DNA of 64,000 nucleotides from Synechococcales cyanobacterium CRU_2_2 (GTDB taxonomy: Bacteria > Cyanobacteriota > Cyanobacteriia > PCC-9006 > JAAUQQ01), in NCBI GenBank assembly GCA_012034805.1, contig JAAUOP010000004.1:7843-71842 (forward strand), in the 5' to 3' direction. The position numbers and the translations under genes are program-made. The first letter of the stretch is position 1. Each line of letters begins with the position of its first letter. The notes beneath the pieces are model-generated. The model was not told the origin of the DNA and searched no databases. It worked only from the letters and a program-made list of their open reading frames with translations. Positions 26,985 through 35,250 of the stretch are shown piece after piece.

Positions 26985-27167
26985 AATGTCACTCCCCTGT
27001 TTTATCTGCGTTAAATTAACCGTCTCGATTTGCTTCAAACCCTCTACGGTCAAATCACGGTTCCTGCTGCCGTCCAACGGGAGTTGTAAGCAGGCCAAGC
27101 TCAGGGACTCAGCGTCCCGCCTGTTGAGACATTGGGCTGGGTAACGCTGGAGGCGGCGAAATTCTGA
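26985..27167 (+). pseudogene. second, decayed DUF3368 (PIN-like) gene remnant
   Basis: It reads NVTPLFYLR-stop-INRLDLLQTLYGQITVPAAVQREL-stop-AGQAQGLSVPPVETLGWVTLEAAKF. In-frame TAA codons lie at 27012 and 27087. The remnant ends 22 nt before the GTCAA array. Confidence 0.5.
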
Positions 27168-27188
27168 GCGCTCCCGTTCAAGATGCCA

Positions 27189-27715
27189 TCAACAGCGTCA
27201 ACCCGGCGTCAAGCTCAAATCAAGCTGGTGTCGAAACTCCGTCAAGCTGCCGTCAAACGAGCGTCAAAAACTGTCAAATCTGAATCAAGCTGCCGTCAAA
27301 TGGGCGTCAGGCGCAAATCAAGCCGGTGTCAAAACGGCGTCAAAAAGCGTCAATCCGCCGTCAAGCTCAAGTCAAGCCGGTGTCGAAACTCCATCAAGCT
27401 GCCGTCAAACGAGTGTCAAAAACTGTCAAATCTGAATCAAGCTGCCGTCAAACGGGCGTCAAGCGCAAATCAAGCCGGTGTCAAAACGGTGTCAAAAAGC
27501 GTCAATCCGCCGTCAAGCTCAAGTCAAGCTGGTGTCAAAGCTCGGTCAAGCCGCCATCAAAACGGCGTCAATCAAGAATCAAGCCAGCATCAAAAAGCAT
27601 CAACCTCACCTCAAAGGTGAATCAAGGGGTTCTCAAACGGGCGTCAACGCTCTGTCACCCTGGCGTCAAAATTTGTCCCGTCTGCGTCAAACTGGCATCC
27701 ACCTACCGTCAAAAG
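27189..27715 (+). repeat. array of about 47 direct 11-bp units (7-nt core (G/C)(C/T)GTCAA plus 4-nt spacer) with a 152-bp higher-order repeat
   Basis: Hand-traced TCAA cores lie at 27198, 27209, 27220, 27231, 27242, 27253, 27264, 27274, 27285 and on to 27709. Spacing is 11 bp, occasionally 10. 27209-27360 and 27361-27512 differ at 7 positions by my count. Confidence 0.9.
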
Positions 27716-27721
27716 CGGAGT

Positions 27722-27976
27722 ATGAATTTGCGCAATGACCGCTTGGAGGGTAACCCAGCCACGCAAACTCCAACCGACCTGCTGCGCGAAGCCCTGGAGC
27801 TAAGCAAAGCAAAAGCCATCGCCCAGTTCAACCACCTGCCTGTCTTCAGTTGCTCTCTCCGGTCACGCTGGATTCAGCTATCAGGGACTAGAACTGTCGT
27901 CAGCAACTGTGTCTTGCATCAAGTCAAGTCCCGTATCCAGCAATATGTCCATTACTCGGTCAAGAGCCGTGTCTAG
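27722..27976 (+). CDS. possible short ORF between the two arrays
   Basis: ATG 27722 opens MNLRNDRLEGNPATQTPTDLLREALELSKAKAIAQFNHLP, which looks protein-like. The 3' half runs into the 12-bp repeats and may not be genuine. Confidence 0.25.
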   Translation: MNLRNDRLEGNPATQTPTDLLREALELSKAKAIAQFNHLPVFSCSLRSRWIQLSGTRTVVSNCVLHQVKSRIQQYVHYSVKSRV

Positions 27977-28175
27977 AACTATTTCCAGAACTGCATCCGG
28001 TAACCTATCCATTGCTGTGTCCAGCAACTAGGTCAAGTGCTGTGTCCAGGACTATGTCCAGTGGCGTTTCAAGTACCAGCTCCAGAACTGCGTCCAGTGG
28101 CGTGTTCCGCAACTGGTTCCAGCACCGGGTCCGGTAACCCTCTCGGGACCCACCTCCACCAGCCTCCCAGCCCGC
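27886..28175 (+). repeat. array of about 24 direct 12-bp units with a (G)TCCAG / TCAAG core
   Basis: Example units: gtgtccagcaac, gtgtccaggact, atgtccagtggc, agctccagaact, gcgtccagtggc, ggttccagcacc, gggtccggtaac. Occasional units are 13 nt. Confidence 0.75.
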
Positions 28176-28275
28176 CACGAGAAATTGGGGAGTCCAGGGG
28201 GCTAGTAGCGGCGGGCAAGCAATGCCCAAAATGGAACATTTTTCTAACCCAGAGCTTCAAACCCATGTAATGCTC

Positions 28276-29597
28276 CTGATTGACTGACAAAAGTCTAGTC
28301 AGGAGTGAATTGAACGGTAACGGACTGAAACTGCAATCGAAAGGACTTGTTGTGATGCTGCCCCCGAGAAGCCATAGCAGGCTCAGGGTCGTGGTTGGAG
28401 TGAAATTGGACATTACGAATCAGAAGCCAGCCATCAAGGAGGGCGGAGCGAATCCAATCAACGCCAAGGCGGAAATAGCTGTTGCCACGAAACCAATGGA
28501 CATCGACCCATCGACGTTTCCCCGATTCGACCACCTCAACGCCCTGGGCAGTGACGTAGAGCGTAGCGACAGCCAGAATGAAGCACAACCTTGAAAGGTC
28601 ACAGACCGAGCGAATCTCAGACTTTTGCAGATTCCAGCCGCTGGACTGGTCATCGAGGAAGGTCTCTTCAATATCAAACCTGAGGGCGTATTCCCTGAAG
28701 GTCTGTAGGGTGGTGGGTTCATCACTCACCACCGCCCAGAGTTCGCCGTTGATGCTGTTGCATCCGAAGATGACATGAACCGGGCCATACCACTGACCTT
28801 TATGGAGCTTGATGTTGTGGAAGCAGCGGACTTCACCGCGCCCAAGGTGGAAGGCTTTCGGCTGACACCAACCGCCTTGAGAACGCCAGAGCCAGGTGCA
28901 GGCTTTGATGCGAATGCGATAGTGCCAACCCAGTTTACGGATTGCACTCATGGCATCAGTGTGAATGAACCCGCGATCCGCCAGCAGAATTACCTTGGCT
29001 TGGGGGAGATAGCTCGCGGTGTGTTCGAGCATCTCGTGGTACTCGCTGAACGAAACCGAAGCGCTGCCATGTTTGAGCACGCGCCAGGCCACGGGCAAAG
29101 CTCGACCTCGGTGGACCACCGCCAAGCGAATCAGGCAGTACTCGTCCCAAAACAGCGTGGTATCCAGACTCAGATATAGGCAACGGTCTGTCCAATCGGC
29201 CAGGGCAGCTTGGATGATGGGTTTGTACAACCGATGAACGTTGATACGGCTATTGCCCAGCCAGCGGCGAATGCGTCGTTGGCGGCTTTCGGCATATTGT
29301 CCTCGGCAGGGCATGTACTTGGCCCATTTGGTGAGGCTAACTTCGCCGGTTTGAATCAGGGCCGCAACCATCCATAAGCAGGTACAAAGATGCGTCAGAT
29401 GCGCCCAGGGTAGATCTTGACCCAGCCAGGCTTTCAGGGCATCGTAGAGGCGGGAGTTTTTTTCACAGCGTTTTTTTGAGTTTGAGTGGTATCTGATTCT
29501 AGAACGCTGGCTCCCACTTCTTCATTCTATGAACGCCAGACTTATCTCGCTGCAAAGGTTTCACCGTGTTAACTCACATCTTTTGGCAGTCAATCAG
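28276..29597 (-). mobile_element. IS4/IS701-like insertion sequence (about 1.3 kb)
   Basis: Terminal inverted repeats are ctgattgactgacaaaag (28276-28293) and, as reverse complement of 29580-29597, ctgattgactgccaaaag (17/18 match). They enclose a DDE transposase. No target-site duplication was seen. Confidence 0.75.
28295..29371 (-). CDS. IS4-family DDE transposase
   Basis: 358 aa with LSLDTTLFWDEY, ILLADRGF and FDIEETFLDDQSSGWNLQKS. The N-terminus probably extends upstream (..RLYDALKAWLGQDLPWAHLTHLCTCLW) and may join a short GTG ORF across the T6 run at 29458-29463. Confidence 0.8.
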   Translation of the reverse strand: MVAALIQTGEVSLTKWAKYMPCRGQYAESRQRRIRRWLGNSRINVHRLYKPIIQAALADWTDRCLYLSLDTTLFWDEYCLIRLAVVHRGRALPVAWRVLKHGSASVSFSEYHEMLEHTASYLPQAKVILLADRGFIHTDAMSAIRKLGWHYRIRIKACTWLWRSQGGWCQPKAFHLGRGEVRCFHNIKLHKGQWYGPVHVIFGCNSINGELWAVVSDEPTTLQTFREYALRFDIEETFLDDQSSGWNLQKSEIRSVCDLSRLCFILAVATLYVTAQGVEVVESGKRRWVDVHWFRGNSYFRLGVDWIRSALLDGWLLIRNVQFHSNHDPEPAMASRGQHHNKSFRLQFQSVTVQFTPD

Positions 29598-29608
29598 CCA
29601 ACTATCTT

Positions 29609-29820
29609 ATTAGACTGAATCAGTTCCGTCTAATCCCTACAAATGGGGGTGTTATGCGGAACTGGTTCGGCCTGATTCTTCCAAAACGAGTATTAGACGG
29701 AATCGAATTCTGTACAACACCCCAAAACCGAAAATTAGGCCGAATCCAAGTTCCGTCTAATCCCGAATTCAGGGGATAAGGCCGAATTCTCTTCCGCATA
29801 AGATCTGCAATCTTCCGAAT
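29609..29820. repeat. patch of short direct and inverted repeats (TTCCGTCTAAT / ATTAGACGGAA, CCGAATTC), MITE-like
   Basis: agttccgtctaatccc occurs identically at 29622-29637 and 29749-29764. Inverted copies are attagactgaa (29609) and attagacggaa (29692). Confidence 0.5.
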
Positions 29821-30094
29821 ATGACGACCCAAAGACCCTGACATTCAAGAATCTTTGCACCAGCTTCCGCCGAATCCCCTCACCCAGAGATTCGGGCGCA
29901 TGGGCGATCGCCCACCCACCCAAACCTCCACCCCAGCCCCAACCTCCCTCAAGAACCACCAGAACATCAACAAAACCCGCAAATTAATAAAAAAGGTGTC
30001 AAATTTCCTCATCCTCCTGAGGAATTGGTATGGATCTAGAGAACGCCCTGCTGAAGACCCACGCCCGCATCGACATCTCCCCACCGGATCTCCT

Positions 30095-31024
30095 ATGACC
30101 TCTCCCGTCCTTTCGCCGAGGCCCCCAGCACCCAACATTGCCGCGAGTCGTCGCCAAAAGCTCTGGATGGCCGCGCTCAAACCGCCCATGTATAGTGTTG
30201 CGATTATGCCGATTTGGTGGGGGACGGCGATCGCAACCTACGAGACCAGAGCCCTCAACGGACAGATTTTCCTGATATTCCTCATTTCAGCCACCTTCAT
30301 CCTGGCCTGGGAAAACCTCGCCAACGATGTCTTTGACGCCGACACCGGCATCGATGTCAACAAGCACCATTCTCTGGTGAACTTGACCCAGAACAAAGGA
30401 CTGGTGTTTGCGCTGGCCAATGCCTTTTTAGGGTTGGGCGTAGCGGGCATTGGGGCGATCGCCTGGATTCAGCAAGATCCAACCGTCTTGGCGCTGGTGT
30501 TGGCCTGCTGCGCCCTGGGCTACGTCTACCAAGGGCCGCCGTTCCGGCTGGGCTATCGTGGCCTGGGGGAAGTGCTGTGCTTTTTTGCCTTTGGGCCGCT
30601 GGCCGTGGGAGCCGCCTACTATAGTCAGGCCCAGGCTTTTTCGCTGAGCAGTCTGGTCGCGTCGGCGGTGCTGGGCATCACCACGAGCTTGATTTTGTAT
30701 TGCTCCCATTTTCACCAAGTGGAAGACGACTTGCTCGCGGGGAAGCGATCGCCCATTGTCCGCCTCGGCACCGAGCGCGGTGCCGCGCTGTTGCCTTGGC
30801 TTTGTGGCCTCAGTTACGGTTTGATCGGGGTGTTGGTCGCCCTCGGGTTGGCTCCGGTTTGGGCCTCGCTGAGCTGGCTGAGTCTGCCTTTTGCCATCCA
30901 GCTCTGTCGCCATGTTGGCGAGTTTCACGACCAGCCTCACCAGGTAATGAATTGCAAGTTCATCGCCGTGGCGCTGCACTTTTGGAGCGGACTATTATTT
31001 GGAGCGGGATATTTTTGGGGCTGA
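30095..31024 (+). CDS. menA: 1,4-dihydroxy-2-naphthoate phytyltransferase (UbiA family)
   Basis: NLANDVFDADTGID is the prenyltransferase motif. The protein has multiple TM helices and lies next to menC and menE. ATG 30095 is preferred over the long ORF start at 29855. Confidence 0.85.
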   Translation: MTSPVLSPRPPAPNIAASRRQKLWMAALKPPMYSVAIMPIWWGTAIATYETRALNGQIFLIFLISATFILAWENLANDVFDADTGIDVNKHHSLVNLTQNKGLVFALANAFLGLGVAGIGAIAWIQQDPTVLALVLACCALGYVYQGPPFRLGYRGLGEVLCFFAFGPLAVGAAYYSQAQAFSLSSLVASAVLGITTSLILYCSHFHQVEDDLLAGKRSPIVRLGTERGAALLPWLCGLSYGLIGVLVALGLAPVWASLSWLSLPFAIQLCRHVGEFHDQPHQVMNCKFIAVALHFWSGLLFGAGYFWG

Positions 31025-31033
31025 TGGAGCTAG

Positions 31034-32221
31034 GTGCGGATGGAGCCAGGTGTGGATGGAGCCAGATATCGGTTTGATTTTCGGTCCTATCGCCGTTGGT
31101 TTCGACAGCCCCTGCGCACGAGCAATGGGGTTTGGTCCGAGCGCCAGGGGATTGTGATCCGTTTGCAGGATGGTTCGGGAAACGTCGGTTATGGCGAGAT
31201 TGCACCGCTGCCCGAGTTTGGCACGGAGACTCAGGCGGGGGCGATCGCCTTTTGCCAAGCGCTGCCCCAATTTCTGGATTGGCCCCAGATCGAGCGCCTG
31301 AATCTGCCTGGAACCGCGACGCAATTTGCCTGGGCCTCGGCCTTGATGCAGCTTGGCCCAGGGTTGGAGCATCAGCCCAACGGAGGGAGATGTTTGCCAA
31401 TTTTGCCGATCTGTACGCTGCTGCCCACCGGTGCTCCGATGCTGAGGGCGGGGCGATCGCCAGGGAAGAACAAACCCGGTCGCACCGACACCTACAAATG
31501 GAAAATCGGCGTCACCGACCCCCACCAGGAGCAGGAGATCCTGCGGCGTTTCTGCGCTCAGCTAGATGAGCAGTCTTGTGATCAGCCTGATGACCATTCG
31601 GGTGGGTGTCGTAATGCTCAGGCACTGCTTCCGGCCACCGTCCGACTGCGTCTAGATGCCAATGGGGGACTAACGCTGGCCCAGGCGGAGCAATGGCTGG
31701 CGCTCTGCGACGACCTGGGGATCGAATTTTTGGAGCAGCCCCTACCGCCAAAAGAGTTTGGGGCGATGTTGGCGTTGTCCAATCGCTACACTACGCCGAT
31801 CGCCCTGGATGAATCTGTGGCCAATCTGAACCAGCTGCGGGCTTGCTACGAGCAGGGCTGGCGGGGGATTTTTGTGATCAAGGGGGCGATCGCCGGATCT
31901 CCCTCAGATTTACTCGACTTTTGTCTGAACCAGAACCTCGACGTCGTGTTCTCGTCGGTGTTTGAAACGGGCATTGGACGTCGGGCGGTGCTGGATTTGG
32001 CCCGAGCCTACGACCAAGCTCGGCCTGACCACGCGACTCGAGCCTTGGGCTTTGGCGTCGAGCATTGGCTAGAGGCCGATGGTCTCGACGCAGATGACCC
32101 CGCTCAAATCTGGGCACAGCTCGCGCCAAACCACCCGAAGGCTCAAACGAATGCTCAAAGTGATGCTCAAAGTGATGCTCAAAAGCCGCGTTTGTCTGAC
32201 TCGGGGGAGGTGACGGGTTGA
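31034..32221 (+). CDS. menC: o-succinylbenzoate synthase (enolase superfamily)
   Basis: Motifs RLRLDANGGL, FLEQPLP and IALDES are present in a men context. The start is uncertain (GTG 31034 or ATG 31040). The 3' end carries a 12-bp repeat (NAQSDAQSDAQ). Confidence 0.8.
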   Translation: MRMEPGVDGARYRFDFRSYRRWFRQPLRTSNGVWSERQGIVIRLQDGSGNVGYGEIAPLPEFGTETQAGAIAFCQALPQFLDWPQIERLNLPGTATQFAWASALMQLGPGLEHQPNGGRCLPILPICTLLPTGAPMLRAGRSPGKNKPGRTDTYKWKIGVTDPHQEQEILRRFCAQLDEQSCDQPDDHSGGCRNAQALLPATVRLRLDANGGLTLAQAEQWLALCDDLGIEFLEQPLPPKEFGAMLALSNRYTTPIALDESVANLNQLRACYEQGWRGIFVIKGAIAGSPSDLLDFCLNQNLDVVFSSVFETGIGRRAVLDLARAYDQARPDHATRALGFGVEHWLEADGLDADDPAQIWAQLAPNHPKAQTNAQSDAQSDAQKPRLSDSGEVTG

Positions 32222-33904
32222 TGGCGACTCCAGAGCTTGATCCCGTAGCGCTGTTGGTGGCGCGATCGCAAACCCACTGGTTTTTCGACGGGTCTGATGC
32301 CAATTCGGACACTTGCGCAGCGATCGCCCACCAAGCCGTTGCCATCCGCGATACCTTGCGCGCCTGTCCGTCCCGAGCACCGATCTTGTTGCTCGCAGCC
32401 CAACCGCAGATCGTCGTTGCTTGGTTGAGTGCGGCGGTGAGTGCAGGGGTGCCGATCTTTTTGGGTAATCCTCATTGGACAGTTGCGGAGCGCGATCGCG
32501 TTGTCCAGGCGATCGATCCTGAGCTCATGGTGGGGCCAGAACCGCGCCTAAATTTCTCTGATCCTCCCGGTTTCAGCAGATATGAAAAGAAAAATTACAA
32601 GTTAATTCCACCAAACTTTGTGTATCATTCACCCTACTTAAAACGTTTTCCACAGGTCTGGGGAAAGTCAACCCAGCTGCCTCAAGTTCATTCCCACCAA
32701 GGGCTCCCCACCTCTGATCTCCCGCCCTGTCAAGCCCTGCCTGTGGAAAACTCAGAGATTTTTATGCTCACCGGGGGATCATCTGGGGCACTGCGTTTCG
32801 CGTGCCATCGTTGGCGAACCCTGCTCGAGTCTGTCGCGGGTTTGAGGGCTTCAGGCCGGGTCTCAGTCGCCGATGCTCCGATCGATTCTTTTTGTTTGCT
32901 GCCGCTCTATCACGTTAGTGGCTTGATGCAGTGGGTGCGATCGCTGCTCTCAAGGGGCAATTTCGCGGTTGCCCTGGGCTACCCAACCCCCGAGTTACCG
33001 CTGCGGTTTGCTCAGTTGCCGGTGGAGCGCTATGTCATTTCCCTAGTGCCCACTCAGCTCCAGCGCATGCTGCAAGATCACTCGACGGCCAGGTGGCTAG
33101 CCCGGTTTCACTGTGTGTTTTGGGGGGAGCCCCCGCTTGGCCCAGTTTGCTGCAAGCGGCCCGAGCCCAAGGCATTGCCCTGGCTCCCACCTACGGCATG
33201 ACCGAAACCGCGTCCCAGGTGGTGACCCTAAGCCCACCGGAGTTTGAGGCTGGGCAGACGGGCTGTGGTCGAGTTTTGCCCCATGCCCAGATTGAAATTG
33301 GCGAAGGCGGTGCAGTGCGGGTGCGATCGCGCTCCCTGGCCCAGGGCTACCTAACGATCTCAGCTTCTGGCTCAGAATCCTCTAGTCCGCTGTGCGCCTC
33401 CTTCGAACCCTTCCCCCAGGATACGGCTGGCCCCTATTTGCCCACCGATGACCTCGGTTTTTTGACTCAGCAGGCTATCTCCACATCGTGGGTCGCAGCA
33501 GCGACAAAATTATTAGCGGCGGCGAAAACATCTTTCCCGCTGAGGTAGAAGCCGCGATCCAGGCGACGGGGCTAGTGACAGATGTGGTGGTGCTTGGGGT
33601 GCCGGATGCGGATTGGGGGGAGCGCGTTGTTGCCGTTTATACGGTCGATGGGGTCGATGCGGTTGATGGGGTCGATGCGGTTGGTGCGATCCATGCGGTC
33701 GGGTCTGAGCTGGAGGCAAGGTTACGGCAGGCGATAGCCCAAAGCCTCTGCCCCGCCAAACGCCCCAAAAGCTGGGTAGTGGTGGCTCACTTGCCCCGCA
33801 ATGCCCAGGGCAAGCTCAATCGTCAAGCCGTCAGGGATTTACTGAGCCGGGGTCAAGCTTCGACCACAGCTTTACCTCTGCCACAATTGCAACCACCGAT
33901 CTAA
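32221..33904 (+). pseudogene. menE: o-succinylbenzoate-CoA ligase with two apparent 1-nt frameshifts (about 33112-33122 and 33470-33474)
   Basis: Three consecutive frames carry LTGGSSG..LLPLYHVSGL, then LGGAPAWPSLL..APTYGMTETAS, then GYLHIVGRSSDKIISGGENIFPAEVE..PRNAQGKLNR. Confidence 0.8.
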
Positions 33905-34375
33905 GTCTGGGCTGAGGGGAGTGCGGCTGCGATCGCGGCGCGAGCCTTCGGAGGAATTGCCCACTGCAATGCAAACATGGCGCGTTGTCGCTTGGGCGAG
34001 GGGGCGAGGCGCATATGTTTCGGCTTGTTTTAGGGCTTGCTCTGGGACGGACGACGGCCGGGTAGACGGCGGTTCAGGCCAAATTTGGTAGCGAATTTCA
34101 AATTCACTAGGCTTGAGGCGCTGGGGGGTGAGCTGGATGAGGATACGATCGCCACACCGCATCGGTCTAAAAAAATCCACGTCAGCATGGACGATGGGGA
34201 CAGCCATTCCAGACCTAGAGCCATGGGGATCAAAAAACTGACCGAGATCGATCGCCACCGCCGCCAAGGATGCTTCATAGGCCTCATGGCACAAGGTCAA
34301 AACGTTGGCAAAATAAATGACCCCCGCCCCATCCGTCTCGTGAAAGCGGATCTGGTGAGGGTAAACAAAAGCCAT
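33872..34375 (-). CDS. hotdog-fold thioesterase, likely 1,4-dihydroxy-2-naphthoyl-CoA hydrolase
   Basis: IRFHETDGAGVIYFANVL fits the 4HBT family. Its position next to the men genes matches that of the cyanobacterial DHNA-CoA thioesterase. Confidence 0.65.
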   Translation of the reverse strand: MAFVYPHQIRFHETDGAGVIYFANVLTLCHEAYEASLAAVAIDLGQFFDPHGSRSGMAVPIVHADVDFFRPMRCGDRILIQLTPQRLKPSEFEIRYQIWPEPPSTRPSSVPEQALKQAETYAPRPLAQATTRHVCIAVGNSSEGSRRDRSRTPLSPDLDRWLQLWQR

Positions 34376-34410
34376 AAAGCACTAGCAATAGAACACTGAA
34401 GCCCGAATGA

Positions 34411-34965
34411 CTAGGTGGATTTCTTGGGGGAGAGCAGCATCATCATGTTTCGGCCCTCGCGCTTGGGGTACTGCTGGACTTCACCCACCGTTTCGAGATC
34501 CTTCGCCAGCTTGTCGAGCAAGTTACGCGCCAGATCCGTGTGCTGAATTTCCCGTCCCCGGAAGGTAATCGTAGCCTTGACCTTGTCACCAGAGCGCAGA
34601 AAACGCTGGGCTGCACTGACGCGCACTTGGTAGTCGTGATCGTCAATCTTGTAGCGCATCTTCACTTCTTTGACTTCAGCGTTGTGCTGCTTCTTCCGCG
34701 CTTCTCGGGCTCGTTTTTCCTGTTCAAACTTGTACTTGCCATAGTCCATGATGCGACAGACTGGCGGGTTGGCCTTGTCGCTCACCAGAACAAGATCAAG
34801 CTCACGTTGCTCAGCAATGTCCATGGCCTCGCGGGGCGTAATCACGCCGAGCTGGGTTCCGTCGCTATCCACGACTCGAATCTCGGGGAAGCGGATACGC
34901 TCATTAATCTGAGGAAGATTTCGGGTTGGGCGTCTAGAGCGGATGCTGTTGTTGTTTGGAGCCAT
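34411..34965 (-). CDS. infC: translation initiation factor IF-3
   Basis: [43 protein letters not shown] is unmistakably IF-3. Confidence 0.95.
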   Translation of the reverse strand: MAPNNNSIRSRRPTRNLPQINERIRFPEIRVVDSDGTQLGVITPREAMDIAEQRELDLVLVSDKANPPVCRIMDYGKYKFEQEKRAREARKKQHNAEVKEVKMRYKIDDHDYQVRVSAAQRFLRSGDKVKATITFRGREIQHTDLARNLLDKLAKDLETVGEVQQYPKREGRNMMMLLSPKKST

Positions 34966-35250
34966 TCAGTAAGTTCAGGTCGGTTAATAACGCTAAGTTC
35001 AGAATAAATCGTCCTAAATCCCGGAGTGACCGTAAAATCAACGGATTTCTTGGGCAATGGATTTCTCGGACAACTTTCCCGGACGATTCTCTCGGGCGAT
35101 TCTCTCGGACAATCTAGTCCGGAATACCCTGGCCCGGAGCCGTCGAGTCAGTACTGCCGCAGATATACTACGACATCTTGACACCTCAACCAGGATTCCT
35201 ACCTGCATTCTACTGACTTCGCTCTGATTGTGCGGACTTGTTAAGCAGGC

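Noticed and set aside
17642-27167. Idea that the PIN-like fragments at 17642-17719 and 27015-27167 are two halves of one gene split by a 9.3-kb integrase-borne insertion, with ATT(G/A)ACCG(C/T)CTCGATT as the att duplication
   Set aside because: The second locus carries its own remnant of the N-terminal segment (NVTPLFYL) upstream of INRLD. These are therefore two separate paralogous remnants, not complementary halves. The 16-nt similarity is just homologous coding sequence.
27183-27976. Three long overlapping plus-strand ORFs (27183-27620, 27326-27976, 27478-27738) covering all three frames
   Set aside because: They are a by-product of the stop-poor 11-bp GTCAA repeat. Their translations are K/R/S/Q-rich and repetitive with 11-residue periodicity, with no start or SD context. 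Three simultaneous frames cannot all be genes. Only the non-repetitive part from ATG 27722 was kept, as a low-confidence ORF.
27189-28175. CRISPR array
   Set aside because: The units are only 11-12 bp and contiguous, with no unique spacers of 25-40 bp. No cas genes are present in the window.
28005-28270. ORFs 28005-28229 (minus), 28037-28270 (plus) and 28069-28413 (minus) across the 12-bp array and the IS end
   Set aside because: The translations are repeat-derived and have no convincing starts. One of the ORFs runs through the IS terminal repeat.
29855-30094. Long N-terminal extensions offered by the ORF track for menA (29855), the PatA-type regulator (to 53628), CheY (to 51987), surE (to 58179), the GNAT (to 56377) and the DUF4340 gene (to 36069)
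   Set aside because: The extensions are low-complexity or compositionally odd. Conserved N-termini begin at internal ATG/GTG codons with SD-like sequences, so the shorter coordinates were reported.
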